Below are positions 29,278-40,684 of a DNA stretch of 64,000 nucleotides, in pieces; the first letter of the stretch is position 1; the number at the start of each line of letters is the position of its first letter. The notes below the pieces were generated by a model that worked only from the letters and a program-made list of their open reading frames with translations, was not told the origin of the DNA and ran no database searches. The stretch lies in the NCBI GenBank assembly GCA_038124025.1, contig JAYPBC010000006.1, positions 22,516 through 86,515 of the forward strand, written 5' to 3'. A program made the position numbers and the translations under genes. This stretch comes from Balneola sp. Lineage in GTDB: Bacteria > Bacteroidota > Rhodothermia > Balneolales > Balneolaceae.

Positions 29278-29583
29278 GAAAAAAACGTTGGAAAATAAAA
29301 AAAATACCAAATCACTGTAATTAGGCCCTATATATAAGGTGTATTTTTGGTGGGAGGAAGTGGTCAAGGATTCCACTTTAGGTCTTTGTTAAGCTATTTT
29401 ATTAGAAGGTATGTATAGCTAAAAACGGATCTTTGATTAGCTTTGGCAAAAACGGCTGTGGTTTGAATCGCTTTGGCAACAGGGAGGCGTTTCAATAGTT
29501 TTTAAAAAAATGAGACATCTTGATACGGATTAACCTGATATCTTTCTATGGATGGGTGTACAAAGTTCTAAGAGAATAATTTT

Positions 29584-30618
29584 TTATGTGGAGGCAAGAA
29601 ATTGAGTCAATATTTGTATGAGTTGTTTAAACTCGATTAAAAAGGCATCATGACCATAGGGGGATTCTAGTGCCGTAAATTGGCCCTTAGGTAGCAGTTG
29701 GGCCAATTCTTTTTGTTCGGTAATTGGATACAAAGCGTCGGACAGTATGCCAACTACATGAATGGGTATGGTGAGTAGTTTTGCCACCTCTTCAAAACTA
29801 CCACGACCTCTGGATATATCATGGGTATCCATGGAGCGTGTGAGTCGTTCATAGCTTAGTGCATCGAATCGTCTGTTGAGTTTCATACCCTGATAATCAA
29901 GGTAGGATTCAACCTGATAGTAAGGGGTATGCATATTTTCTCTAATCTCCCTACCAAACTTAGTCTCATAGTTTTCAGGAGAACGATAGCTCATCATTCC
30001 GATTTGCCGCGCTAGAGATAAGCCTTGACTTGGAGGCGCATCATTGGAGTAATCACCACCTTTCCAATAAGGATCTTGGTAAATAGCCTGGCGCTGTAAA
30101 TGACTTAGTCCGATGGACCAAGCCGTATGTGCTTTACCCATTGCCATGAGGAAAGCACGCTTAATTCTTGAATCCATTAGGGCAAATTCTAAAGCAATCA
30201 TCCCGCCCATAGATCCTCCTAAAGCACATTGAATAGAGTTGATCTGGAGATGATCAAGTAAGAGTTGTTCCATTCGAACGATATCCCGAATGCTTAGCAC
30301 AGGAAATTGGGAACCGTAGGCTTTTTGAGTTTGTGGGTTCAGACTTTTTGGTCCAGTAGAGCCATAGCAACTTCCTGGGGTATTAATGCATAAAATAAAA
30401 TGCCTATCTAAATCGATAGGACTTTGAGGGGTGAAAAAGCCATGAAACCAATCTTCTGCATTACTATCTCCAGTTAATGCATGAAAAATGAGTATCACAT
30501 TATCTCTGTTCTTATTTAAGCTTCCCCAGCTGCGGTAGCTCAGCTCAAACCCATTAAATACAAAACCAGACTCGGTAGTGTATGGGTCGGGGACCAGAAA
30601 TGTTTTTTGGATACTCAT
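29584..30618 (-). CDS. metX: homoserine O-acetyltransferase
   Basis: Alpha/beta hydrolase with GGSMGG nucleophile elbow. HALTG and the C-terminal GHDAFL match MetX/MetXA. Confidence 0.9.
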   Translation of the reverse strand: MSIQKTFLVPDPYTTESGFVFNGFELSYRSWGSLNKNRDNVILIFHALTGDSNAEDWFHGFFTPQSPIDLDRHFILCINTPGSCYGSTGPKSLNPQTQKAYGSQFPVLSIRDIVRMEQLLLDHLQINSIQCALGGSMGGMIALEFALMDSRIKRAFLMAMGKAHTAWSIGLSHLQRQAIYQDPYWKGGDYSNDAPPSQGLSLARQIGMMSYRSPENYETKFGREIRENMHTPYYQVESYLDYQGMKLNRRFDALSYERLTRSMDTHDISRGRGSFEEVAKLLTIPIHVVGILSDALYPITEQKELAQLLPKGQFTALESPYGHDAFLIEFKQLIQILTQFLAST

Positions 30619-30666
30619 TCTTATGCGTCTGTGTAGTAGGTCAACGGATTGGTATACATGAGAGGC

Positions 30667-32240
<1,574 letters not shown>

Positions 32241-32328
32241 CTAGACTTTTAAAGAACACACAAGCTTAATGAGCTTGAATCGTAATACTAACACAGTTAT
32301 TGTTTTGATGCAAGAGAGACTGAAAAAA

Positions 32329-33264
32329 TTATTCTCTATACCCCAGATTCCGCACCATATTTTCTTTTTCTCGCCATTTTTCCCGCACTTTCACATGTAA
32401 TTCTAAATGGACTTGTTTATCTAGAAAGGATTCAATGCTCTTTCGTGATTGTATTCCCAACTGCTTAATTGCAGCCCCTTTTTTCCCTATTATCATTCCC
32501 TTCTGTGAGGTTCTATTGACAATAATGTCGGCCATGATGCGGTCTATATCCGGAGATTCTTGGTACTGCATAATTTCCACTGTGGTCGAATAAGGTAATT
32601 CCTCGTGATAGTTCAGGAATAGTTGTTCACGAATGAATTCGGTGACAAAAAATCGTATTGGATGCTCACTTAGTTCTTCCTTTGGGTAGAAGGCTGGACC
32701 TAGTGGAAGAGTGGATTTTAACTGGTTTATTAATGAAGGAATACCGTGTTCCTCTAATGCAGATATCGCTTGAATACCCTTGAAAGTGTAGTCCTTTTCG
32801 TAAGCTTCTTGGACCTTTTTAAGCCATGTTTCAGGTACGGAATCCATCTTATTTAGCACCAGTAAAACGGGTTTGTGTAGAGATCGTACATGTTCTAGTA
32901 ATTCTAGATCAACTAATTCAGTAGGGGCGTTTGATTCATTTTTTCTGCTGCGTTCCTGCTGCACAAAACTTCGCTTTAGATCGATTAACAATAGTACGAT
33001 ATCCGCCTCTTTTTCGGCCTTTTCAACAAAGCGCATCATCGCTTTTTGAAGCTCATATTTTGGCTGGATAATCCCTGGGGTATCCAAAAAAATTATCTGG
33101 CAATCCTGCTCACTGTAAATGCCCATAATTTGATGCCGAGTGGTCTGTGCTTTATGAGTGGCAATGGAGAGTTTACTTCCAAGCAGGGCATTCATAAGAG
33201 TGGATTTGCCCGCATTGGGCCGTCCAAGAATAGCAGCGTATCCAGAAAAATGACTGGAACTCAA
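32329..33264 (-). CDS. era: GTPase Era
   Basis: Motifs G1 GRPNAGKST, G3 DTPG, G4 NKMD, and a C-terminal KH domain (IIGKKGAAIK). Confidence 0.95.
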   Translation of the reverse strand: MSSSHFSGYAAILGRPNAGKSTLMNALLGSKLSIATHKAQTTRHQIMGIYSEQDCQIIFLDTPGIIQPKYELQKAMMRFVEKAEKEADIVLLLIDLKRSFVQQERSRKNESNAPTELVDLELLEHVRSLHKPVLLVLNKMDSVPETWLKKVQEAYEKDYTFKGIQAISALEEHGIPSLINQLKSTLPLGPAFYPKEELSEHPIRFFVTEFIREQLFLNYHEELPYSTTVEIMQYQESPDIDRIMADIIVNRTSQKGMIIGKKGAAIKQLGIQSRKSIESFLDKQVHLELHVKVREKWREKENMVRNLGYRE

Positions 33265-34016
33265 TGGTGTTGCTCCTCTTTGATCTGTTCTATTATGGAT
33301 AGGTAGGCTTTAACGGTCTTGGCTAAGCCATCATAAACCGCTTCGCTTATGAGTGCATGTCCTATGCTGATATCAGCTAGGTGTGGTACAGCACGGAGAA
33401 AGGCGGCTAGGTTTTGTTGATTTAAACCATGCCCCGCGTTTACTTTTAGCCCGGCAGCGTGCGCCATTTTAGCGGCCTCTGTAAGGCGGTTGAGTTCTTT
33501 CTGTGCGGCGGATGTGGTGGTGGCGTTTGCGTAGGTTCCGGTGTGTAGCTCGATGGCGTCGCTGCCTAGGTTTATCGCCCCTTTTATGTCGTCTGGATTA
33601 GGGTCTACGAATAAACTGATTTCAACCTTTGCCCCAGCTCCTCCTCGTATTGCAGGAAAAACTCGATTTTTGAAGTCTTGGTAGACCGCAGCTAAATGCA
33701 ATCCACCCTCGGTAGTGAGTTCTTCTCGACCCTCTGGAACCAAGGTGCATATATCGGGTTGTACCTGATGCAGTAAAGCAATCATTTCATCAGTAGCGGC
33801 CATTTCAAAGTCCAATACCCCTTTTACCGAATGCTTGAGTTCAGGTAAGTCTTGGTCCATTATATGACGACGATCGCCTCTTAAATGAAACACGATACCA
33901 GCTGCGCCAGCTTGCTCGCAAATTTCCGCAGCTTTGGCTGGTACTGGGTAACCTTCACCCCGTGCGTTTCGCAAGGTAGCAATATGATCAATATTCACTA
34001 GGAGTTGTATTGGCAT
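33261..34016 (-). CDS. pdxJ: pyridoxine 5'-phosphate synthase
   Basis: Motifs LLVNIDHIATLRNARG, HLRGDRRHI and ELHTG. Overlaps era by 4 nt. Confidence 0.95.
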   Translation of the reverse strand: MPIQLLVNIDHIATLRNARGEGYPVPAKAAEICEQAGAAGIVFHLRGDRRHIMDQDLPELKHSVKGVLDFEMAATDEMIALLHQVQPDICTLVPEGREELTTEGGLHLAAVYQDFKNRVFPAIRGGAGAKVEISLFVDPNPDDIKGAINLGSDAIELHTGTYANATTTSAAQKELNRLTEAAKMAHAAGLKVNAGHGLNQQNLAAFLRAVPHLADISIGHALISEAVYDGLAKTVKAYLSIIEQIKEEQHH

Positions 34017-34071
34017 AATGAATTAGCAGAATTTAGTTGTAGAAATAATTTACTAAATTTATATATCTACT

Positions 34072-34617
34072 ATGGTTAACCTAAATAACGTATTAAATCG
34101 TTTGAAGTTTTCTGCACTATATCTATTTATGACGGTCAGTTTGCTGTTAGGTGCTTGTGGTAGCTCTAATTCCCTGATAACGGCTACATCTAGTGAGCCC
34201 TCTGAGCGTTTCATTCCTGCCATGAGCCGCTCGGCAGGCCTGGGTGATGTAAGAACCTTTAACCGGTTAAAAAAAGCGTATACAGAGTGGAGAGGAACTC
34301 CTTATCAATTGGGTGGAACCACTCTAAAAGGGATAGATTGTTCTGCTTTTATGCAGGTGGTATTTGATGAATACCTAGGCGAAACACTTCCTCGCACAAC
34401 CCTAGAACAAATGAGGGTTGGAAAAAAAGTGCGGCATAAGCGGGTAGACTTAGGGGATTTGGTTTTTTTTAAGACAGGACCAACTACCTATCATGTGGGT
34501 GTAATGGTAGATTGGCGTCACTTTTTACATGCTGGTACCACAGGAGGGGTCATGATTTCAGATCTTAACGCGCGTTACTGGAGCGTTCGTTATTTGTCTG
34601 CTAGGCGAGTACTTTGA
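34072..34617 (+). CDS. NlpC/P60 (C40) family peptidoglycan endopeptidase lipoprotein
   Basis: Lipobox LLLGAC/G. Catalytic Cys context (GGTTLKGIDCSAFMQ) and a downstream H...H (HVGVM...HAG). Confidence 0.85.
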   Translation: MVNLNNVLNRLKFSALYLFMTVSLLLGACGSSNSLITATSSEPSERFIPAMSRSAGLGDVRTFNRLKKAYTEWRGTPYQLGGTTLKGIDCSAFMQVVFDEYLGETLPRTTLEQMRVGKKVRHKRVDLGDLVFFKTGPTTYHVGVMVDWRHFLHAGTTGGVMISDLNARYWSVRYLSARRVL

Positions 34618-35891
34618 GCTCCATTCAGCGTAGCCTGATCAAAAAGATGTTTCATCATGTTTTGGTAGCTTGATGTAAATGGGATATCACGCCTTGCCAT
34701 CATCGCCTTCATAGTTTCTACTGCTTTATCGAATCGGTAGGTACTGTTTCCAGCATCTGTGAGCCAACTAAAGGAAGGAATGTGTTTAGGGGTAAACTGC
34801 GATAAAAAAATATTGGAGCATACTCCACACAAGGTTCCGGTATTTAGCATGGCGTTAATGGCTGTTTTTGAATGATCACCCAGAACCGAACCAAAAAATT
34901 GAAAACCAATATCATAGGCCTGCCGTGAATTCCAATCCTCTAAATAAATTAGTCCATAATTGGTTTTCAGATTAGAGGTATTACTGTCAGCCCCCATATT
35001 ACACCATTGCCCAACCAAGGTATTACCCATATATCCATCATGAGCCTTATTTGAGTACGAATGAAAAATTGTATTGGATATCTCGCCACCTACTTTACTT
35101 ACCGGTCCTATGGTAGTGCCTCCGTATATTCGGCATCCCATTTTTGTCACGGCGCCCTCACAAATTGCTAGTGGCCCCTTTAAAATACTTCCAGCTTCGA
35201 TGGTTGCTCCTTCGCCAATGTGAATGGGGCCGTCTTTGGCCACCAAAATAACCCCAGGTTCCAAATGGGCAGATGGATGAACGAAAATTCGCTCTGGATG
35301 CATGACATGAATGTTAGACCTAAGTGCGTGCTCCTCTACAGTTGGTAAAGGTAGGAGCTTACCATCAACTTCAATTTCACTGCTATTAAATTGTAATAAA
35401 TCCCATAAGTACTCTAGCTTTCTAGGCTTATTTTTATAAACTTTTGAGCTTTCTGATGCACTCAAAAGAGAGTTTACCCAATGTTTAGGATCGTTTATTT
35501 GCTCAGATGTTGATAGACAATCAAGACTTTCTTGTCCTGAAAGAACAACGGCAATTAGCTCGGTGTTTTCAGCCTCTGTACCGTCTTGTTTCGTCGCCGA
35601 AGATAAAAGGGCTTGACCTTTGGGAAGATTCTTAAGCTGCTCTGAAAGGGAATTATCGGGTAAAAAACGAGCATTTAGCCATAAACAGTCTTGCTCAGGT
35701 TGAATGGTGTGGTCGTTATATACTTTTTTTAGGTAAGGCCGGCACATTCGCTCGTTGGTGCTTAGGTGTAACCATCTTTCCCATTTTTCTTGAACGGTTA
35801 AGATACCAACCCGTAAGTCTTCCACTGGGCGCGTAAGTGTTAATGGATCGAACCGCTGACCTTTTGCGTCGGAAAAAAAACACAGCTGCAT
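34590..35891 (-). CDS. putative sugar nucleotidyltransferase with a left-handed beta-helix domain (alternative GlmU-like, TIGR03991-type)
   Basis: N-terminus resembles FDPLTLTRPVEDLRVGILT. C-terminal hexapeptide-repeat region (IGEGATIEAGSIL..., GGEISNTIF). Divergent from glmS. Confidence 0.6.
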   Translation of the reverse strand: MQLCFFSDAKGQRFDPLTLTRPVEDLRVGILTVQEKWERWLHLSTNERMCRPYLKKVYNDHTIQPEQDCLWLNARFLPDNSLSEQLKNLPKGQALLSSATKQDGTEAENTELIAVVLSGQESLDCLSTSEQINDPKHWVNSLLSASESSKVYKNKPRKLEYLWDLLQFNSSEIEVDGKLLPLPTVEEHALRSNIHVMHPERIFVHPSAHLEPGVILVAKDGPIHIGEGATIEAGSILKGPLAICEGAVTKMGCRIYGGTTIGPVSKVGGEISNTIFHSYSNKAHDGYMGNTLVGQWCNMGADSNTSNLKTNYGLIYLEDWNSRQAYDIGFQFFGSVLGDHSKTAINAMLNTGTLCGVCSNIFLSQFTPKHIPSFSWLTDAGNSTYRFDKAVETMKAMMARRDIPFTSSYQNMMKHLFDQATLNGAQSTRLADK

Positions 35892-35991
35892 AGTCGCGTT
35901 ATGGATTTTATTGATTCAATACTTATTATTTAAGCATAATAGTCATATTTTAGGCTAAATTACTGGTATTAATCTATAAATTTAGAATTTT

Positions 35992-37827
35992 ATGTGTGGA
36001 ATAGTTGGGTACATTGGAGCGCGAAGCGCCCAAGATGTGGTTGTAAAAGGATTAAAACGCTTAGAATATAGGGGCTACGATTCAGCCGGGGTTGCCGTTA
36101 TTCAAGATGAATTAACCGTAACTAAATGTAAAGGTAAGGTAGCCAAATTAGAGGCCATGCTGTCGAACACCAACGATGCAGAGATTGGAATAGGGCATAC
36201 TCGCTGGGCTACACATGGCGAACCAAATGATACAAATTCACATCCTCATACATCAACCAATGGTAAAATAGCGGTTGTGCACAATGGCATCATTGAAAAT
36301 TACACGGCATTAAAGGTGCAGCTTCAATCTCAAGGTCATGTTTTTTATTCGGAAACGGATACAGAAATTATGGCCAAATTAATAGAACAATTTTATAAAG
36401 ATCCAGATGTACTGAGCCTTGAAAAGGCCGTTCAATTGGCGACACAGCAGGTAAATGGAACCTATGGATTAGCGGTATTGCATGAAGATTTTCCAGATTT
36501 GATGGTAGTATCTAGACGTGGCTCGCCTTTATTGTTGGGGGTTGGAGACAACGAAATGATTGTTGCTAGTGACGCTTCTGCGGTGGCCGAATATACCGAT
36601 AAGGTGGTCTATTTAGATGACAATGAGACGGCAGTAATTAGGCGAGATAGCTACGAAGTGCAAGATAATTCATATGTGTTAATGGATAAAAAAGTACATG
36701 AGCTTCAAATGAGCCTCGAAGAAATAGAAAAGGGTGGATATCCCTATTTTATGTTAAAAGAAATTTTTGAGCAGCCCAAAACAGTGGGCGATTCGCTACG
36801 GGGGCGAATTCTACCCGAAGAGGGTAAAATAGTATTGGGCGGTTTAGTGGAGGTCATGGATAAATTGCATGGGGCACGTCGTATTATTATCGCCGCTTGT
36901 GGTACTTCTTGGCATTCTGGATTGGTTGCAGAATATTTATTTGAGGAGTTAGCACAAATACCTGTTGAAGTGGAATATGCATCAGAATTCAGGTATAAAA
37001 ATCCGCTTATCTTCCCCGATGATGTGGTTATTGTTATTTCACAGAGTGGCGAGACGGCTGACACTCTAGCAGCTTTAAGGGAAGCAAAATCAAAAGGGGC
37101 TACCGTTCTTGGGGTGGTAAATGTGGTGGGCTCTACCATAGCCAGAGAAACCGATGCGGGGGTATATTTACACACAGGACCAGAAATCGGGGTAGCGTCA
37201 ACCAAAGCTTTTACTGGGCAGGTTACCGTGTTAACCATGATGGCTATACAACTGGCTCAGTACCGTGAAACAATCTCGGCCAAGAAAGCGGACGCACTCA
37301 TTAAAGCGCTGAACCAAATACCCATAAAAATCCAAGAAATATTGGATCAACATGAGGAAATAGAACGTATTTCTCAGCTATTTACCTATGCACCTAACTT
37401 CTTGTATCTAGGACGATCCTATAGTTTTCCTGTTGCATTGGAAGGGGCCCTGAAGCTCAAAGAGATTTCCTATATCCATGCCGAAGGATACCCAGCTGCT
37501 GAAATGAAGCATGGTCCTATTGCTCTCATTGATGAAATGATGCCAGTAATGGTAATTTCGGCAACCGAGCACACCAACGATAAAATGGTCAGTAATATTG
37601 AGGAAGTAAAAGCACGTAAGGGACGTATTATTGCGGTGGTAAATCCCTCCCATGAGGAAGTAAAAAATTTAGCGGAGTTTGTGATTGAAATTCCTCAGAC
37701 CATGGACGAATTAAGCCCATTGTTGAGTGTCATTCCACTACAATTACTTTCCTATTATATCGCTGTAAATCGAGGTTGCGATGTGGACCAGCCTAGAAAT
37801 TTAGCTAAATCGGTTACCGTGGAGTAA
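35992..37827 (+). CDS. glmS: glutamine--fructose-6-phosphate aminotransferase (isomerizing)
   Basis: N-terminal MCGIVGY (Ntn Cys), two SIS domains, and a C-terminal ...AKSVTVE. Confidence 0.98.
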   Translation: MCGIVGYIGARSAQDVVVKGLKRLEYRGYDSAGVAVIQDELTVTKCKGKVAKLEAMLSNTNDAEIGIGHTRWATHGEPNDTNSHPHTSTNGKIAVVHNGIIENYTALKVQLQSQGHVFYSETDTEIMAKLIEQFYKDPDVLSLEKAVQLATQQVNGTYGLAVLHEDFPDLMVVSRRGSPLLLGVGDNEMIVASDASAVAEYTDKVVYLDDNETAVIRRDSYEVQDNSYVLMDKKVHELQMSLEEIEKGGYPYFMLKEIFEQPKTVGDSLRGRILPEEGKIVLGGLVEVMDKLHGARRIIIAACGTSWHSGLVAEYLFEELAQIPVEVEYASEFRYKNPLIFPDDVVIVISQSGETADTLAALREAKSKGATVLGVVNVVGSTIARETDAGVYLHTGPEIGVASTKAFTGQVTVLTMMAIQLAQYRETISAKKADALIKALNQIPIKIQEILDQHEEIERISQLFTYAPNFLYLGRSYSFPVALEGALKLKEISYIHAEGYPAAEMKHGPIALIDEMMPVMVISATEHTNDKMVSNIEEVKARKGRIIAVVNPSHEEVKNLAEFVIEIPQTMDELSPLLSVIPLQLLSYYIAVNRGCDVDQPRNLAKSVTVE

Positions 37828-37979
37828 GATTATGGGATGGAAGATATCATTGAATCCTTACTTGGGTTAGAAATTGTAGATTAGAGAGATCGAGTTGTAG
37901 ATTTACAACACTACGCGCGAAATCGATGGTATTGACGAAACATTCGCTAGTACTGACATGCATAAGTAAAGCTTAGTGC

Positions 37980-38633
37980 TTATTTAAGTGATTTATTTTG
38001 GGATGATCGATAGACATCATGCATACCTAAACCCGATAGTATTTGGGATCGATATTTGTTTATTCTATTAAGTCGAGTTTGACTCTTTTTTGCTTGGCTG
38101 AAGAAAATAATATAGCCACGCTGCCTGCCAGAGCTTAGGGCATAAAAGGCTTGTTCAAAGGGCGGATCTTCTATAAAAGCGGTTTGTAATTCATCCGGAA
38201 CATCTGATATAGGAGGACTTGGTGGAACCTGTAAACCCGCCTTTTCGATGCGAATAGCTTCTGCTAAATACTGCATAATTAAGGAGTGATCCTCATTTAT
38301 CTGTGCCAGCTTAGTCCATCGTAATTGGCGCCCATGACGTGAATTCATTCCAGGACTTATGAGCCTAGTTGCGGGATCGTTCATCAAGGAGCCCTTGAAA
38401 AAAGCTAGGCAGGCAAAATTCTTAAAAGCAGTCAAAATTACCACATTTTTTCCGTTCAAGGTATAACAGGGTTGGGACCACTTGAATTCTTCAGTAAGGT
38501 CAGATGCTAACAGATATTCCCGCAATTGTATAAGTAAATCGGCCCATGGATGTACTTTACAAGCGGGCGTTTGATAATGTGGACAGCGACCGCAACCATT
38601 CGAAAAATAATGATCCACATTAGGATTCATCAA
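37980..38633 (-). CDS. YdeI/OmpD-associated family protein (DUF1801 plus OmdA domains)
   Basis: C-terminal OmdA-like region (SSGRQRGYIIFFSQAKKSQTRLNRI). N-terminal DUF1801-like region with a Cys cluster. Confidence 0.65.
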   Translation of the reverse strand: MMNPNVDHYFSNGCGRCPHYQTPACKVHPWADLLIQLREYLLASDLTEEFKWSQPCYTLNGKNVVILTAFKNFACLAFFKGSLMNDPATRLISPGMNSRHGRQLRWTKLAQINEDHSLIMQYLAEAIRIEKAGLQVPPSPPISDVPDELQTAFIEDPPFEQAFYALSSGRQRGYIIFFSQAKKSQTRLNRINKYRSQILSGLGMHDVYRSSQNKSLK

Positions 38634-39075
38634 AAAACTCCAATTTCATGTGGATGTGTGGTATATCATCTACATCGTATACCGGGCCTAGAGCGGCAAA
38701 TCCAAACTGCTCATAATATGCCTGCAGCGGATGCTGCGCCTCGATGGATATAGCCTCATTTGGATAGGTTTGGCGGCAGAGTTGAATGCCATTTTGAATA
38801 AGTTCTGGGCCCAAATTACTCCCACGATATTTTTGAGAAACTATAATTCTTCCAAGTGCGGGTTCTTTAAAATGGTGTCCAGGAGGGACTATCCTTAAGT
38901 AAGAAATTAGCTGATCTTCCTGCACTCCGAGTAGGTGCAAACAAGAAGGATCCATACCGTCAATGTCGGCATAAAGACATTCTTGCTCGAGCATAAATAC
39001 CTCTTGACGAAGTTGGTAGATACACATGCTTTCTGTAGGGGTGAGTTCTCCAAATGATTTTAGTAGATAATTCAA
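38620..39075 (-). CDS. elaA: GNAT family N-acetyltransferase, ElaA-like
   Basis: SFGELTPTE..IYQLRQEVFMLEQECLYADIDGMD matches the ElaA N-terminal pattern. The Q/RxxGxG-like motif is YRGSNLG. TTG start. Confidence 0.7.
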   Translation of the reverse strand: MNYLLKSFGELTPTESMCIYQLRQEVFMLEQECLYADIDGMDPSCLHLLGVQEDQLISYLRIVPPGHHFKEPALGRIIVSQKYRGSNLGPELIQNGIQLCRQTYPNEAISIEAQHPLQAYYEQFGFAALGPVYDVDDIPHIHMKLEFFDES

Positions 39076-39233
39076 CGAACTTCTCAGCTTATTGGGCTAT
39101 TATTTATCGAATGAATTTGAATGTAGTAAAAAAAACTAACTCTAAGCTATTTCAAATTTTTGCGGCTAAGTAGCATTTGTTGCTAACAAAATTGAGTAAA
39201 CAGCGTATACACCAGAAAATAAAATGCGTTCTT

Positions 39234-39557
39234 ATGGTAAATTTTCTTGTACTTAGCTTAGCCGTATTTATATCAGCTCGCCTTTTAGATGGAGTTGAAA
39301 TTCGCAGTTATTGGACCGCATTGGGTGTTGCCTTTGGTTTATCCTTAGTCAATGTACTCTTAAAGCCCATTCTTGTAGTGCTAAGCATCCCTTTCATCGT
39401 GTTGACTCTTGGTTTATTTATGCTTGTCATAAATGCAGCCTTAATCATGCTTATTGACAAACTGGTTGATGGACTTCGAATTCGTAATTTTACTTGGGCA
39501 GCTATATTCAGCCTGCTAATATCCCTAGTAAATACAGGACTTAACGCACTGCTCTAA
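39234..39557 (+). CDS. DUF360 / phage-holin-family-4-like small membrane protein (YvlD-like)
   Basis: Pattern LVNVLLKPILVVLSIPFIVLTLGLFMLVINAALIML is typical of PF04020. I prefer the ATG at 39234 (MVNFLVL). Confidence 0.75.
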   Translation: MVNFLVLSLAVFISARLLDGVEIRSYWTALGVAFGLSLVNVLLKPILVVLSIPFIVLTLGLFMLVINAALIMLIDKLVDGLRIRNFTWAAIFSLLISLVNTGLNALL

Positions 39558-40561
39558 AGGTTATCAATAACTGCCTGTGTAAACGTTTGGGTGGTGCCTT
39601 TTCCGCCAATGTCTGGCGTGCAATACACTTTCTTTTCCACCAAGGTTTTGTAGATAGCTTTGGCGATGTTACTGGCCACTGGTTTTTGGTCGATATGTTC
39701 TAAAAGCATTAAGGAAGAAAATAAAAGCGCCATGGGATTTGCCTTACCCAGGCCCGAGATATCCGGTGCGGAACCATGGACGGCCTCGAACATCGCCTGA
39801 TCATCCCCCATGTTTGCAGCTCCAGTAACACCCAAACCACCCACCAAACCCGAAGCCAAATCAGAAAGAATATCACCGAACAAGTTGGTGGTAACCACTA
39901 CATCGAAACGCTCTGGTCGCATAACCATTTGCATGGCCATATTATCTACAATTAAGTCTTCAAATTCTATATCACTATAATCTTTAGATACCCGTCTACC
40001 AACCTCTAAGAACAAACCGGTAGTGTATTTTAGAATATTGGCTTTATGGACCAAGCTTACTTTTTGGCGGTCATGGGTGAGTGCATATTCGAAGGCTGAC
40101 CGAATAATACGTTCACTTGCTTGTTCGGTGACCACAGCAATACTTTCTGCATGGTTTTTTTGGTTGTCATCTATCCAGTGTTCTTTTCCAATGTATAGCC
40201 CTTGTGTATTTTCCCGAAAGATTACCATATCAACTTGCTTAAATGGGCTGTCTATACTTGGTAAGGTGCGGGCTGGGCGGATATTAGCGTATAAGTCAAA
40301 GTGTTGTCTTAGGGCTACATTGACCGATCTAAAGCCCGTCCCAACTGGAGTTGTAAGTGGCCCCTTTAATAATACCTTATGCTCTCGAATGGCCGCAACA
40401 GTTTCATCGGGTAGTGGGCTTCCCAATTCTTCATAGGCCCCTAGTCCAGCGCGGGCATCTATCCATTCTATTTGAGCACCTGCTTGTTCTAAAATAGTGC
40501 TAACCGCTTCTGTTATTTCAATTCCGATACCGTCTCCGGCAATACGTACGACTTTTTGCAT
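39554..40561 (-). CDS. isocitrate/isopropylmalate dehydrogenase family protein, most like NAD-dependent isocitrate (or homoisocitrate) dehydrogenase
   Basis: 335 aa. RSVNVALRQHFDLYANIRP (the S-x-N substrate motif of the IDH type) and NLFGDILSDLASGLVGGLG. Confidence 0.65.
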   Translation of the reverse strand: MQKVVRIAGDGIGIEITEAVSTILEQAGAQIEWIDARAGLGAYEELGSPLPDETVAAIREHKVLLKGPLTTPVGTGFRSVNVALRQHFDLYANIRPARTLPSIDSPFKQVDMVIFRENTQGLYIGKEHWIDDNQKNHAESIAVVTEQASERIIRSAFEYALTHDRQKVSLVHKANILKYTTGLFLEVGRRVSKDYSDIEFEDLIVDNMAMQMVMRPERFDVVVTTNLFGDILSDLASGLVGGLGVTGAANMGDDQAMFEAVHGSAPDISGLGKANPMALLFSSLMLLEHIDQKPVASNIAKAIYKTLVEKKVYCTPDIGGKGTTQTFTQAVIDNL

Positions 40562-40684
40562 AATTATTTTTTTTTGAAAGATACGGACTATGGGAACAAC
40601 CTGTACGTGCTTCTCGTTTTGTTATGTAAAGAAATTTTAATGAACAACCTTATTTGGTTTCCCTAACTAGTCAGGAATTTACTT

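Noticed and set aside
35892-35991. Possible glmS ribozyme upstream of glmS
   Set aside because: The leader region is only about 100 nt, is extremely AT-rich, and shows none of the conserved glmS ribozyme core helices. This element is also mainly known from Firmicutes-type lineages.
37874-37909. The 9-mer TTGTAGATT repeated twice, plus a GTTGTA-GATT-TACAAC hairpin, reminiscent of the 3' end of a Cas12a direct repeat
   Set aside because: There are only two short copies 21 nt apart, no regular repeat-spacer array, and no cas genes anywhere in the window. It lies in a convergent intergenic region (glmS / YdeI) and is probably a weak 3' structure.
39234-39557. Possible prophage remnant, suggested by the family name 'phage holin family 4'
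   Set aside because: It is a single small membrane gene flanked by housekeeping genes (ElaA, IDH-like). There are no phage structural, lysis or integrase genes nearby. DUF360/YvlD proteins are widespread chromosomal genes.
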